Assembly (NCBI GenBank): GCA_951406725.2
Contig: OX597832.1
Location: 38,812,001 to 38,876,000, forward strand
Source of the DNA: Octopus vulgaris
Lineage: Eukaryota
Direction of reading: 5' to 3'
Length of the DNA stretch: 64,000 bases
Shown in pieces: positions 39,660 through 59,060 of this stretch. The notes below the pieces were generated by a model. That model saw only the letters and a list, made by a program, of their open reading frames with translations, was not told where the DNA came from and made no database searches. Position 1 is the first letter of the stretch. The number at the start of each line of letters is the position of its first letter. A program made the position numbers and the translations under genes.

Positions 39660-40207
39660 TGTATGTATCAAAAGAAAAACAGGACGCAAAGGATTTTGCG
39701 GTACATATGTTTCTGGCTTTATTGAACATTTTATACCAATGCATAATTGATATAACAGGTAGGTCAAAAGCCTTCTTCAGCCGCGTACAATTACCACACC
39801 AAAGACATGTATTACATTATAGCAGGTTTGAGAAAAAGTTTGGGAAAAAGCCGAGTTTCATTGGGGAGGTAAATCCCCATAGGCGTATACGGCATTGCGA
39901 GACAGCAAAACGACATCCTGTATGATAAACATAGACGTTAAATCGCCATTATCACGAAGAATGTGTTCTCAAGAAAAAAATCTCAGTTAAACGTCAAAAT
40001 GTAAAAAATGAGCAAGACAAATGAAAACATACGAAATAAAAACGATTACCTTCGTACCATTGGCTTCTACCTCCGCAATGAAAGGTCTTCCTACATTCGA
40101 ATGTACTCGAACGTGTTAAATATTTTACGTGCATATATTTTATTCACCGCTGCTTCTTATGATTCCTTACTTGGATTTAAAAAACAAGATGCACTCCTCG
40201 TTGACTT

Positions 40208-40596
40208 GGATGGAAGCACTCCGTCGGTTACGACGATGAGGGTTCCGGTTGATCCGAATCAACGGAACAGCCTGCTCGTGAAATTAACGTGTAAGTGGCT
40301 GAGCACTCCACAGACACGTGCACCCTTAACGTAGTTCTCGGGGATATTCAGCGTGACACAGAGAGTGACAAGGCCGGCTCTTTGAAATACAGGTACAACA
40401 GAAACAGGAAGTAAGAGTGAGAGAAAGTTGTGGTGAAAGAGTACAGCAGGGATCACCATCATCCCCTGCCGGAGCCTCGTGAAGCTTTTAGGTGTTTTCG
40501 CTCAATAAACACTCACAACGCCCGGTCTGGGAATCGAAACCGCGATTCTATGACCGCGAGTTCGCTGCCCTAACCACTGGGCCATTGCGCCTCCAC
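40208..40596 (-). mobile_element. SINE family B, full length
   Basis: Highly similar to 18227-18611. TSD CCTC[G/A]TTGACTT at 40196-40207 and 40597-40608. Confidence 0.92.
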
Positions 40597-41255
40597 CCTC
40601 ATTGACTTACCGTTTGTTTCAAAATGATTTCAGATTTCTGTTATAAGAAGTTATCTCCCTTGAATGCTACCTTAAGATTTTGAAAACATCCAGAGTGAGT
40701 TATTCTACTCATTGCATGGAATATCAAAGTCTATTGTGAAATATTCTAACCCACCATATCACACATACGAGACTCGTACAACATATATATATTTAGAATA
40801 AGAACACTTCACAAAAAGTATTTTACCAGCCTATTGTTGACACATCTTCATAATTTCAGACTTCCATCATCTATTGTTGACACATCTACATACTCTCTGG
40901 ATTTCATCACCCCCTGCTCACTCTCACTTCACTATTTGGACACAAGATTTTCCAAATGAAAGGACTTTTTTGTTTCAACTTATCAAAACACCTACTGTCT
41001 TTGAAAGATGTGTCAACATATGATAAATATACACAGGAATATTATATATACATTCCTTTCATGATATAATATATATGTCAATTATGATACAATAAATGTC
41101 ATTTATGTTCCTCTTCCTGTGATATTATATTCTATCAAACCCATATTTTCTTCTTAACAGAGGCAGTTTATTTTAGAGATGTCACTACTGCGTGTGCACC
41201 AAAGAAACACAAATTCCCACACTCATAAAAGAGTTACACGCAAACAATACATACC

Positions 41256-41286
<31 letters not shown>

Positions 41287-41576
41287 CTGTGTGTGAGTGT
41301 GTGTGTGCGTGCGTGTGTGTGTGTGTGAGTGTGTGTGCGTGTATGTGTCTGCGTTTGTGTGTGTGTATATGTGCATACATATGTGTATTTATATATATAT
41401 GCCTGTGTATATAAATATGCATACATAGACGCACATATTAACACATGACCATATAAGTCCCATGGACCCACATCACATGACCACACACACACACGCACGC
41501 GCACACACACGAGCACACGAATTCATATATTCATGTTCGTGGTATTCCTTTGATTCAAACGCATATGACATATACA

Positions 41577-41626
<50 letters not shown>

Positions 41627-42447
41627 CACACATATATATATACACATATATACATATACATATATATATATACATATATATACGTATATACATATATATA
41701 CATATATATACACACATATATATATATACATATACATATATACATATACATATATATATACGTATATACATATACATATATATATGCATATATATATATA
41801 TATATATATACATATATATGTATATATATATATACATATATGTTTACGCACACACATAGATTATTTATATGTATATATATGAATGTATATGTGCATATAG
41901 ATATGTTTATATATGTATGTGTGTGTATATATATATGTATCTATATATTAACACAAACACATATGTCAATGAATATACATATATATACACACACGCATAT
42001 ATTGTTTGGCTCCATTCGTTTATTCATATTCAAGATGGCTGATACTTAAGAGTAGAGAATAAGAAACACGGAGACGCACACATATACACACACGTTATAT
42101 ATGCATGTATGTGTGTGTATGTGTGATTGTGTTCCTCCGTGCACAAGCCTGTATGTGTGTGCATGTGGTTGGGTTCGGGTGCACAATCTATATTCTCTTT
42201 GTTTAACTTGTACCATCCAAAGCTACCGAGTTAAATTAATAGGCAGGAGATATTATTCTGCTAGAAAAAAAGAGCAAAAAGACTTGATTAAGAATTCAAC
42301 CTTCGAAGCTCATTTATCAAAAGGAAAATACACAGGAAATCATTTTTCATGTCTTCAAAGAATGTATTTTAAGACAGCGGGGTCAAGATCCTTTCTGACG
42401 CACTGGAAGATATTGATCAAGCTAGAATTCAATAACTGAAAGACAGA

Positions 42448-42485
<38 letters not shown>

Positions 42486-42515
42486 TGCATACATACATAT
42501 ATCTCTCTCTCTCTC

Positions 42516-42546
<31 letters not shown>

Positions 42547-42998
42547 TAGTATATACATATGCATACACACATCTATATATATATATATATACGCACACAC
42601 GCAACACATACACACACACGCACATACACACACATACAGATATGTTTGTGTATATACGTATGAATTTAAGCGTGTGTTCGTGTGCACCTGCCTAGCTATT
42701 ATTCTGCTTATATCTTATCATATATCCAGATATATATTGAGATATAAGAAGAAATACTCGTGCAGAGATTGCAATAATGATATATATATATATATATATC
42801 CAGATATATATCATTATATCAATCTCTCTGTATGTGTATTTATTTGTATATTGTATATACATGAATATGATGAATATATGTATATGTATATAATGTTTAT
42901 CTATCATCTTCATATATGCATATATATATATATATATATATATACATGCACATATATACATATATATATATGTACATATGTATATATGTACATATGTA

Positions 42999-43044
<46 letters not shown>

Positions 43045-43615
43045 ACAAACACACAAATTTGCATAAGTCTATGTATATTTATGCATGTGCTTGTGAGAAA
43101 GAGAGAGAGGAGAGAGAGAGAGGAGAGAGAGAGGGAGAGAGAGAGAGAGGAACAGAGGTGCGATGAAGAGAGTTAAAAATCTAGGGAACAAAAATTTGTC
43201 ATCTGTAACAGAAAAAAAGGCAATCGGCAAAATGGTGGAAATGTTGAAGATAGTGAGAGGAAGAGAGATGAATATATCAGAGAAACAGTCTTAGATATAG
43301 CGTGAAAAAGAGTTTGGGAGATTGTAAATGAATGGGGAAGAAGGAATTAGTGAAAAGGAGTAAGAATGACAGGTGTGAGAAGATATGCAAAAACGGATTA
43401 AGAGAAATACTGAGGTTTTTGATAATGGAAGAAGAGAGGAAGGAGAGAGTGCGGAGGAGGAGAGCGCAGAGGAGAGGTAGAAATGGTTGAAAGAGTAGGG
43501 GTAGTACATATATACGTATACATATACAAACACACACAGACACATATATTTTTGCATATATACATACATACATATATATATATATATATCGTGAAATAAT
43601 TTGCCGCGCTCAGAG

Positions 43616-43703
<88 letters not shown>

Positions 43704-43797
43704 ATATATATATATATACCTATATATATATATGTGTGTATATATATATCTGTGTGTGTGTATGTGTGTGTACATACATTGTGTAGACATATACAAT

Positions 43798-43881
<84 letters not shown>

Positions 43882-43943
43882 AATACAACTAGATATATTT
43901 GCAGAGTGAGAGACTGCTGCAATTATTCGCGGAAATCACAAGT

Positions 43944-44032
<89 letters not shown>

Positions 44033-44218
44033 GAGGAGGACAAAAGGACATAAAAGTAGAGAGTGAATGAGAGATAGAGAATGAAAAAAGTCAAAGTGAA
44101 AGACATTTATGCAGCCGTCTTGACATATACGAAATAGCAGCCAAGTTCTCACGAATTTCGCCCTAATTTTATACACGCCACGCTCACGTACACACTCTCA
44201 TACACATGCATATATACA

Positions 44219-44272
<54 letters not shown>

Positions 44273-44444
44273 TCTATATATATGATACTTTTGATAATGT
44301 CAAACGAGGGCTCATGGGAGAAAATTGGTTGTCATGGCTGGAGTGTCTTTGGTCAACGTTTTTGTTTGAATACAATTGACCATAGGCTGAATATCCTGCG
44401 TCACGCAGATTACATATATACATAGAAAGATTGAAAGTCGAGAT

Positions 44445-44681
<237 letters not shown>

Positions 44682-44682
<1 letters not shown>

Positions 44683-45094
44683 GCGCAGGAGTGGCTGTGT
44701 GGTAAGTAGCTTGCTAACCAACCACATGGTTCCGGGTTCAGTCCCACTGCGTGGCATCTTGGGCAAGTGTCTTCTGCTATAGCCCCGGGCCGACCAATGC
44801 CTTGTGAGTGGATTTGGTAGACGGAAACTGAAAGAAGCCTGTCGTATATATGTATATATATATATATGCGTGTGTGTGTTTGTGTGTCTGTGTTTGTCCC
44901 CCTAGCATTGCTTGACAACCGATGCTGGTGTGTTTATGTCCCCGTCACTTAGCGGTTCGGCAAAAGAGACCGATAGAATAAGAACTGGGCTTACAAAGAA
45001 TAAGTCCTGGGGTCGATTTGCTCGACTAAAAGGCGGTGCTCCAGCATGGCTGCAGTCAAATGACTGAAACAAGTAAAAGAGTAAAAGAATAAAG
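44682..45094 (+). mobile_element. SINE family A, full length (tRNA-derived, CORE-like CTTGGGCAAGT)
   Basis: A box TGGCTGTGTGG, B box GGTTCAGTCCC, internal (TA/TG)n and tail AGTAAAAG repeats. Confidence 0.92.
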
Positions 45095-45115
45095 AGATAG
45101 ATAGATAGATAGATA

Positions 45116-46138
<1,023 letters not shown>

Positions 46139-46197
46139 TGAAAAAAGGACAGAAGGAAGGAAAGAAAAATGAATGAAAGAAAGAAAAGAAAAAAGAA

Positions 46198-46237
<40 letters not shown>

Positions 46238-46240
46238 AAA

Positions 46241-46288
<48 letters not shown>

Positions 46289-46305
46289 AAAGAAAGAAAG
46301 AACGA

Positions 46306-46345
<40 letters not shown>

Positions 46346-46774
46346 AAAAGAAAAGAAATAAAGAAAGAAAGAAAGAGAGTACGAAACCGTTAATAAGTAA
46401 GATGTTACTACCAGAAGTTGGCAGCTTTGATTAATGACTGTGTCGATTTAATAGATTTTCTTGTAGTGAAGTATTTCGATAATTTCAGTAGGAGGCCTTC
46501 TGTAAATGATATTGCGCGATTTAAATTAATGTCACATATCTAAATGGACCTGGGCGTGACTCAGTAGTCAACAAGTTCGCGCTCTGCAATTATGACGTCT
46601 TGGAGTGTCTTATTAATTTGTGAGGTATCTTAAGAAGTCGGAATGAGACGTGTGGACGACGTCATTTGGTATTGCTGACTAGACATAGACCTTGGTTGGC
46701 AACAGTACTTTTTGGCACGGGAAGCAAGCATACACGCGCGCATATACGCCTGCACAGAAATATCCTTATACAGA

Positions 46775-46815
<41 letters not shown>

Positions 46816-46830
46816 TGTGTGAGTGTGTGC

Positions 46831-46865
<35 letters not shown>

Positions 46866-48007
46866 GGAAAGAGGGAGAAACATTATAATTACTTAACTGA
46901 ACATGACTGACATAAATACCTTTCTCCTTTCATCCATAAAGAAATATGTTCACACATATAAACAGAGAGAGAGAGAGAGAGGCGGGGGGAGTGGTGGAGG
47001 GAAATAGAGAGATGAAGAAATAGAGAGGGAGAGAATAGAGTGGGAGAAAAACAGAGAGAGAAAGGTGAAAAGAGAAGGAGAGAAACATTAAAACGTTTAA
47101 TGTCAAATAAGGCAGCGTCAACGCGACGGCTAATAGGTGACGTCCAAAAAGCTATGCAATAATGTTTCAAGCCGTTAGCGGGTCAGGTTCGGCCAAAGAA
47201 ATGGGTTGGCCTTAGCCTAGTAATTAAAATTGGATAGATGGAAACCGTGTGGAAGCCTCATCCGAAGGATTTTAGCTTAATTTAAAAGTACACTGTTGTT
47301 AATTACTGTGTCATATTCATTACGGTAAGGGTTCATGCATTCGTGGAATATACAGGCACTTGCTCACTAATTTATTAAGCGTCTAATACAGTTGATCGAA
47401 CAAGAAAATACTCACCGTAGAAACCGACGAAGATCCATTTACTTTACACATTTTAAAGATAATCCCATTCTTCGTATGCACATGTGTGAGACATGCGTGC
47501 GTATGTATGGAGAGAAAGAACGTTTTCACATAACGCATTTATTAAATCATATATTGAATATATTTATATGCAACAAATATAGTGATTTCAATACCAGAAG
47601 CAGAGAATAAATAATTGTTCGTAACAAGAAGTTTATTAAAAACGAAACGAAACGAAGAGTGATATGTATGTATGTACGTTTGCATGTATGTATGTATGTA
47701 TGTATGTATGTATGGAGATAAACGCACGTGCGTATGTATGACTCTATATGCGTACTTAGAGGCACACACACACAGACAGACATAATATATCAAGCTTAGC
47801 TAATTTAGTTTATTTTATTTTACTTTATTCTACTTTATTCAATTTTGATTTGTATAATTTCGTTTTATTCTATTTTATTCCATTGACTATTTCTGAGCTC
47901 TTTTATTTATTTATTGATGGTTCCTACGCTGTCTACTACACGGTTTCCTATCTGTTTACCAATTTATTATACGCACATAGACACATGCATATATACATAT
48001 ATACATG

Positions 48008-48065
<58 letters not shown>

Positions 48066-48172
48066 TATATATGTATATATATGTATGTATATATATATGT
48101 ATATATATACATACATATATATATATATACATATATATATATGCATATATATATATGTATATATATGTATAT

Positions 48173-48229
<57 letters not shown>

Positions 48230-48648
48230 CACATATATGCATACATATATGTATATATATATGCACACACACACACATATATTATTCCCAGTGACTTAAG
48301 TTACTCCTTTCACCACATATACATGACCACCACTCCACTCTTGCATCCGGACGACTTCCCACTCACCTACCAAATTCAAATATTAACACTTTACTCTTTT
48401 CTCTTTCTGTCTCTATCTAAAGGTCAACTAGTCTAACACCATCTTTAATAACTCCTGTCCCATTTCATTTACACGCCTGAGTATTCCACCCTTTGTCCAC
48501 CCAGTGTGCAATGGCTGTTTACCCTAACTCTCCTTTCCATCTTATACATATGTAAGTCCGGAATTGAATCATTCCATTTGCTCTCTCTTTCAAATTTCAA
48601 AAGTTTTACAATAGGTTTTTTAATTTCTGTCTGTCTATCTATCTATTA

Positions 48649-48752
<104 letters not shown>

Positions 48753-48829
48753 GTCTGTCTATCTCTCTAGCAATCTCTCTCTCTAGCCCTGTCTCTCTGT
48801 CTGTCTCTATCTCTCTGTCTGTCTGTCTG

Positions 48830-48871
<42 letters not shown>

Positions 48872-48872
48872 T

Positions 48873-48912
<40 letters not shown>

Positions 48913-49049
48913 TTTATTTAAAGCAGCTTTAAATAAAGCATATTACTCTACCACTGGTATTTGAGTACTCTTTTTTCCACCTTGTTTCACATTTATGTGT
49001 TTACTCTGGTATATATATATATATATATATATATATGTTTGTTTGTTTG

Positions 49050-49816
49050 GTTTGGTTTGGATTTAAAAGTTCAAAGTGGACTAAACCTTTCATATCCCAC
49101 CAAACAGCTCACAACACCTTACATAGGTGAAGACTTTCCTTAGCCTGGGGTGCCGATGTTTCTCCTTTCCCTACCCACTGTCTCCGGCGCTCGACATTTT
49201 TATAAAGAACCAATTTCTCATTACCAGTCACCAATCGGTCAACAAAAGAGTTCTTTCGTGAGATGTGACAGAAAAGAAGAGCACACATTCACTCTCTGCG
49301 CGCGATTAGACTCAGAAACTTTGTGAGGAACCCATTGACTATTCCTGATGACTTTTCCCATACATGCAGGTGTCGATGAATGTTTGCATGACCAAATCTA
49401 AGCTTCTCTCCTAGTTTCTCAACAGTTACGATGGAATTTAGTTCTACCAGGGTTTGTAGGACGTCCTCATAGAACTCTACAGGACGAGGCTTGTCTTCTA
49501 GGCAGTAGATTCCAGTTCGGAATTTCTGGTTTATGCTTATTGTCCAATCCTCATATACTGCATTAATATTCCTCGCACTTTCCGTTGCGTTGTTGCCTTT
49601 ATTGAACTCATAAAGCAAAATATGTCGAATATGCGTTTTGAAAAAAATAAATGTTAAAATCTAACTGCACTGTACAAAACTTGCACTAGGAATAAGTAAA
49701 AGGTAATATTACTACCTGCTTTTATAGCAAGTTGATGCAGGTAGTTTATCCCCTCCCCCTTTGGACTTTTAATTCAAGTAATTGAAAAAGCCGCATTTTT
49801 ATGGCATAACCCAATA
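49050..49816 (-). mobile_element. Mariner 5' two-thirds, truncated
   Basis: TIR TATTGGGTTATGCCATAAA. Peptides MLYEFNKGNNATESARNINAVY (HTH), VTGNEKLVLYKNVERRRQW and VWWDMKGLVHFELL. Confidence 0.88.
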
Positions 49817-49969
49817 CTACACACACAACACATATGTATGTATGTATGTCTGTGTATATATGTATGCATAAAAGTATATGCATACAAAGTGTGTATATAC
49901 ATAAACACATACACACGTATAAATATATATACATACATACATACCCACATACATACATACACAGATACA

Positions 49970-50048
<79 letters not shown>

Positions 50049-50397
50049 CATATATATATAAGCACACAAACATATTTAATTTCTATTTTGATGCAGGAAT
50101 TTATACATCTTCATAACTATTTCATTGTTAAAAAATTCGATTATGTCTTCGATTTCCTTTCAGAGTAAAGAAGCTGCTCAAAATATCTCACTCGGACATG
50201 TTTCCTAATTACGTTAGTAAATCAGAACAAGCACGATGCTATTATCGAGAGTAAAAATTTCTAACAAAGTCTCATTAGAGGTTACATAGAGCTGATTAAA
50301 TCTATGGCAGTGCAAACCGGTTTATTTTATCAACTCTGGGAAACTGAGTGTTAAGTAGCTGACCACAACAATAGCATACTATTGATGTGTATGTATG

Positions 50398-50428
<31 letters not shown>

Positions 50429-50585
50429 TGTATGTGTGATTGAAAAGCTCACTTTCAACCATACAGGATCGTATTCGGCCCCACTCTGCAGCACTTTAGA
50501 CAAATGCCCTTCATTACAGGCCCGAGCCAATTAATGCCTTGTGAAACCGGAGTTTTGCAATATCGTCTTAAAGTCACACACACAC

Positions 50586-50697
<112 letters not shown>

Positions 50698-50709
50698 AAG
50701 TATGTATGT

Positions 50710-50860
50710 GTCTGCAAGAGGGTTCTTTCAGTTTCCGTGCACCAAATCCACTCAGAAACCTTTTGGTCGGCCTGAGGCTCTAATATAAGACACTTGCTCA
50801 AGGTGCAACGCAGTGGGACTAAATCCGGAACCATGTGCTTGGGAAGCATCTTACCACAGG
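50710..50860 (-). mobile_element. SINE family A, 5' part
   Basis: TTCTTTCAGTTTCCG...GACACTTGC...CCGGAACCATGTG. Confidence 0.75.
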
Positions 50861-51482
50861 ACCACCATCTGTGTGTGTCATTGTGTCTCTGTTTATGGAT
50901 TCCCACCTGCCACCACTGGGGTTGATTCGTCAATCTCACTGTGACCCAGAGAGATATATTTTATCCAGCCTCATTCAGTCATTAGACTGCGACCGTGGGA
51001 AAATTAGCTATTTTCAGACCAGACGAGGACCTAACCCCTTCTGTACCAATTATAGCACCCGAGACGCATCTTATATGACGTCGGCGTCGCTACGACTCTA
51101 TCAAGGATTAAAAATTTAAATAGGCAGTAAATCACCCTTAATAATTTTGTCTTGTTTAATTTATTGAACCTAGGAGAATGACCAGCAATGTTGGCCTCGA
51201 TGGGATTTGAACCGAGACTAGAAAACCCGTAAAGAGTGGACAATTCTTCACCAATGAAATTCGCGAATAAATCAGACATCAATCCATTATGTTGGCCAGT
51301 GACTTTCAAAGCAACACACACTCTCATCTACATCAACTATATTTTTCAAACATTTTGCCCGGCTGATACTCGATTTTTGCTTCGCGATTCTAAACAGTCC
51401 TTGGAGGAAGGTTTTGACTACTAATTACAGGGACAAACCCAGTTTATCAAAGTTTTTTTTCTTTTCTCTCTGTTACATGTAT

Positions 51483-51871
51483 ATTCTTTTATTCTTTTAC
51501 TTGTTTCAGTCATTTGACTGCGGCCATGCTGGAGCACCGCCTTTAATCGAGCAACTCGACCCCGGGACTTATTCTTTGTAAGCCCAGTACTTATTCCATC
51601 GGTCTCTTTTTGCCGAACCGCTAGGTGACGGGGACGTAAACACACCAGCATCGGTTGTCAAGCAATGCTAGGGGGACAGACACAGACACACAAACATACG
51701 CGCACACACACACATACATATATATATATATACATATATACGACGGGCTTCTTTCAGTTACCGTCTACCAAATCCACTCACAAGGCATTGGTCGGCCCGA
51801 GGCTATAGCAGAAGACACTAGCCCAAGGTGCCACGCAGTGGGACTGAACCCAGAACCACACAGCCACTCCT
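51483..51871 (-). mobile_element. SINE family A, near full length with a head deletion
   Basis: Reverse complement of the 44682 and 55717 copies. Confidence 0.9.
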
Positions 51872-52099
51872 CTATGTGACTCTACCATAGTGTGTTTAGC
51901 TTTCAGAGCGTTCTTCTGACGTATCTTCGCTCAGCTCTTCTCTGTGTGTTACTAACATATCGCCATGGAAATCTGAAGGAATAAAATAGTATTTAAGATT
52001 GACAAATACGTTTTTAATATTTCGTTTATTCGGAGCGAAGGTTCTTCGCATATGAGCTTCGTATTTACTCCACCACTTTACTGATTCTATCATCTACCA

Positions 52100-53650
<1,551 letters not shown>

Positions 53651-54565
53651 TGACGAGCTAGCAGAATCGCACATCATAACTCTCATTTGGCGAATGTGTC
53701 TGGTGACCGTTAAGCAACTTACAACAGTGAGCGGCATTTGCAGATCCATTAGAACCCCCAGTAGATCTATAGACAGTACGATTTAATAAAAACATATTTT
53801 ATTTAACTTCCTTTTCCTTATGCTCGTGTGTGACCGAAGGTAATGTGGTCACATTCGCCATCAAAATGTCTCCAAGCAGACTGCGTTCTCGAAACTGATG
53901 GTCTCAGTGGTGCCAGTGGCTCACGTGACTGTCTCTCTCTTTGCGATGTTGACAGTGGTGACTTTGGTGGGGAGGTACATGAGATTCTATAACTGTTGTC
54001 GACAATTTTGTGTGTGTATGTGTGTGTGTTTCTCTATACCAGTGCGTAAAGTACCGCCACACGGTAAAGTTTTCCTATTCGACTGAAATAGTTACTGGCA
54101 TCAATATGATTATAAGAAACTGCCGAAGGAAGTGCTACAGCATTACTGCTTTTCGACCAGAGAAATCAGTAAAAGAAGACTACAAGAATAAAAGAATATT
54201 ATCTTGACAAACCCGTTCTGAATTCAGAGTCTAACTCCGATAACATATTATTTATCGAAAGACAAGAAGAATATAAGAATATATTTAGCATAAAAGATTG
54301 ACTTTTATTCAATTATTTACGCCGAGGACTCCACCACTGGTGAAGAGAAAAATAGTCTGGGAGCAGTGAATGTTATTTCGCAGAGAACCGATTACAAATG
54401 ACAGAAAAGACACCATTAAAAATTTCCAATATAATTAATCTAATGTAGACACACATATGCGCGCTCTCTTCTTCCCCTTCTTTCTCTCCATACCTATCTC
54501 CGTCTCTCTCCCTCTCTCTCTCCTCCCTCTCACACACATATATATGTACGTATATACGCATATGT

Positions 54566-54616
<51 letters not shown>

Positions 54617-54750
54617 CATACATATACGTATATATATACCCAGATATACGTATATGTATACGTAGATCGACACATAAGTATGTATACTCTCAATCCCACC
54701 TCCTCTCATTTACATATATATACACACTTGAATATATATGTATACATACA

Positions 54751-54797
<47 letters not shown>

Positions 54798-54805
54798 CTA
54801 TCTAT

Positions 54806-54836
<31 letters not shown>

Positions 54837-55012
54837 AATGTATATACACACCGATACACGTACATGTATAAGTAGATCCACATATATATGTATATATATA
54901 CAGGTATATATATATTTATACATACATACATATATATATATATATGTATGTATAAATATATATATGTATATATATGTATGTATATGTATGTATATATATA
55001 TAGATATGTATG

Positions 55013-55075
<63 letters not shown>

Positions 55076-55716
55076 CTTACTATTGATAAAAACCAGGGTG
55101 CATTGAGTTCTGTTAATAAATAAGTGAAGAAGTATATAGTAATTGCACACACGAAAACAGACATAGAATGACAAGATAAAGGCATATATTAAATGCAGAG
55201 ACGAACGGAAAATATATATTAAATGCACAGGCGAATGGAAAACACTCGCAGAAGGTTACTAATTCTCTATCATTTATCGACCAGAAGCTAATGACGCTAT
55301 TTCGTGCCTTTAACGATAAGATTACTTCTCTCAGTTGGTGGCATCCACAAGAGTTCTGGAGAATATTGGACCGATAACAAAGAAACAATATATGGGTGAG
55401 AAGCGATACGGAAGTAGACATGCAAAAATAAATAAATGTAAGACGATTGACGAAGGACAAAGACGAGATAAATAAATGCAAAAGCATAATACAGCCTTAA
55501 GGCCAGATGAAGACGAAGCAGGAGTAACGCTTACAGGGAAATCCTAAAGGATTGGAAGTAGAAAGATAATAAAAAAACAAGACAGGCTGAAGTGGAGAGA
55601 AGACAATTTACGACCGGTGTAAAAAGAGAGAGAGAGAGAGAGAGAAAGCAGGCAGAAAGAGACACAGAGTACAGAGGAGAATGAGAGCACGAGTGAGAGA
55701 GAGAGAGTATTTTTTT

Positions 55717-56118
55717 AGTGGCTGTGTGGTAAGTAGCTTGCTAACCAACCACATGGTTCCGGGTTCAGTCCCACTGCGTGGCATCTTGGGCAAGTGTCTT
55801 CTGCTATAGCCCCGGGCCGACCAATGCCTTGTGAGTGAATTTGGTAGACGGAAACTGAAAGAAGCCCGTCGTATATATGTATATATATTTGCGTGTGTGT
55901 GTGTATATGTTTGTGTGTCTGTGTTTGTCCCCCAAGCATTGCTTGGCAACCGATGCTGGTGTGTTTACGTCCCCGTCACTTAGCGGTTCGGCAAAAGAGA
56001 CCGATAGAATAAGTACTGGGCTTACAAAGAATAAGTCCCGGGGTCGATTTGCTCGACTAAAGGCGGTGTTCCAGTATGGCCACAGTCAAATGACTGAAAC
56101 AAGTAAAAGAGTAAAAGA
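55717..56118 (+). mobile_element. SINE family A, full length
   Basis: Colinear with and highly similar to the 44682 copy. Confidence 0.92.
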
Positions 56119-57456
56119 GAAAGAGAAAAGAGTATAAGGTTGAGAAAAAGAGGGGACAAAACAAACATTGGGGTCAGGGTATCGAATGAGACGAAACGTA
56201 TGAATAAACAAACAATTAAAATAAATACAATTATATGAGAATGAGTGATTAACCAAAAAATGAAGCGGAGGACACGGTTGACCCCACAAACCACAAACTC
56301 ACACTGAAGACTTTGCTTTCTCCTCTTTTTACATTCTCGTTTAAATAGGTTCTTTCACTCGCAATTTACTTGCTATAGACTTCCATCTTTTACGAAACAC
56401 ACTTTGCGAGAGAGAGATTAGAAGGAAGGGACGGAGTAAGAAAGAAGAAAGGCTAGCAACAGAGTCACACAGATTAGCTGATGAAGGGGATTTTTCCTTG
56501 TGTAGTATGTCCTGTACTCTGTTTTTCTGTTGTAAAAAAAATGGTTTTTCCGTTTTCGTTTCTCGTTGAGTTCCACGTCTAGTTGTGGTGTCCTGTACTC
56601 ACGTATATATATTTATATATGCATGTATATATACATGTAGATGTAGGTACGTACATATATGTTTGTATGTATGCATATATTTTATTTATCACACTATATA
56701 AATAACTTACTTTTAATAAAAAGCAGGGTGCGTTGCGTTCCGTTAGTAAATAAGCGAAAAGGGCATAGCAAATGCGCAAACGAAAACAGACGCAGAATGG
56801 CAATGTTAGAAATTTCACTTCCATACGTAGAAATGAGGTTTGTTTCTATGAAAGTCTGCCGAGGGCGGGCGACGTCTTGGATCTTGTTGGCTCAAGTTTT
56901 TGACAAAAACGTAGGATAAATATTGCCTATGTGTGTAAAGAAAATGGAATGATTCTTTTACTGCACTCTCGAATGTATGTACGTATGGATGTATGTATGT
57001 ATGTATGTATGTATGTATGTATGTATGTATGTATGTATGTATGTATGTATGTGTGTATGTATGTATGTATGTATGTATGTATGTATGTATGTATGGATGG
57101 ATGGATGGATGTATGGATGTATGTATGTATGTATGTATGTATGTATGTATGTATGTATGTATGTATGGATGTATGGATGGATGTATGTATGTATGTATGT
57201 ATGTATGTATGTATGTATGTATGTATGTATGTATGTATGTATGTATGTATGTATGTATGTATGTATGTATGTATGTATGTATGTATGTGTGTATGTATGT
57301 ATGTATGTAATAACTTTAAATAATATCATATGTGATGTGAAATTAGAAACGGAGTTTAATTAAATCTAATGATATTATAAATCATTAAATTTGTTTCGAT
57401 TAATCAAATTTAATAACATAATACAATCGGTAACAAAAACGTTTTTAAATATAAAC

Positions 57457-57507
<51 letters not shown>

Positions 57508-57784
57508 ACAGACAGACAGATAGATTGATGGATAGATACACACACAAACACACACATATTTATGTATATAAATGTATGTATGTATGTTTTATATTTATAC
57601 ACACACACACACGTTAATAACGAACAAAGTGAATGAGTGTCTAACACCGCATAGATGGATAAAATTTCCTTATTCGTGTATTAAGACTACCATTGCATTC
57701 GTGATAAGAAAATATCTCAAGAATGCTTTAAGCCCGATCACACAGAAAAATTAGTTTTGGTCTCCATTTGGATTAAAATCCAAC

Positions 57785-58157
<373 letters not shown>

Positions 58158-58761
58158 CGTATTATATAATGAAAATTAGATGACGGAGGAAATAAACGAT
58201 TATCTCATGAATTCCATTCGTTTACAGCTGTTTTCGCTCTGAAACGCGGTGGACTCAGAGTTAAGTGCGTGAGTAACACCGTATAGTTTCATCGGAACCA
58301 CAATTATGAAGGGCAATTCATCTGGGGAAAAACAATTACATTTATGCATATAAACAGAGAAGCATATAACAATGAAAATATGTATGTGGGGAACGAAATC
58401 CAAGAGCTTTTCCCATATTTCGAATACGATTAATGTTAAAGGGTGAATAACGAAAGGAATATTAAAGAAGCAGTAAATACGCATTTATACATATACAGAC
58501 AAGCACATACACATACACACACACGCATTCATATACATATACAAATGCATATGTATGTATACCTATATGTTAGTATGTATGTATGTATGTATGTATGTAT
58601 GTACGTACGTATGTAAGTATGAATAGTTGTATATGTATGTACACTTATGTACATGTGTATAAATTATGTCTATGTATTTGCATTCGCATGTATGTATATG
58701 TCCAAGTACATTCACGTGTATGTATATGGAACAGTCATATTGATGTGGCGATAAACATTAC

Positions 58762-58853
<92 letters not shown>

Positions 58854-58879
58854 ATGTGTGTGTGTGTGTGTAATGAGAA

Positions 58880-59060
58880 TGAGATGACAAATTGGAGCTG
58901 ATAAAGAATTTCTCCGCCAACATCTTCTAACTCTTTCCGGAGGCATGCCAAAAAGCTGAATCCTGCTGCCATACATATGACCTTCCGGCAGCAATTCTCT
59001 TCCGCAAGAATTGACCAGAATCTCCAAGAGCTTCATATAGTCATCTTAAATGAGCCTACT
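58880..59060 (-). mobile_element. Tc1/mariner maT (DD37D)-like transposase fragment
   Basis: The minus strand reads KRIAAGRSYVWQQDSAFWHASGKS*KMLAEKF (compare YVWQQDSAPCH). Confidence 0.7.

Noticed and set aside
40831-41020. TGTTGACACATCT twice in tandem and once inverted
   Set aside because: Too short to classify; probably a local duplication or MITE debris.
56478-56500. CTGATGA plus a short stem as a hammerhead (also GAAACCGGTC near 38431)
   Set aside because: Each has only half of the catalytic core.
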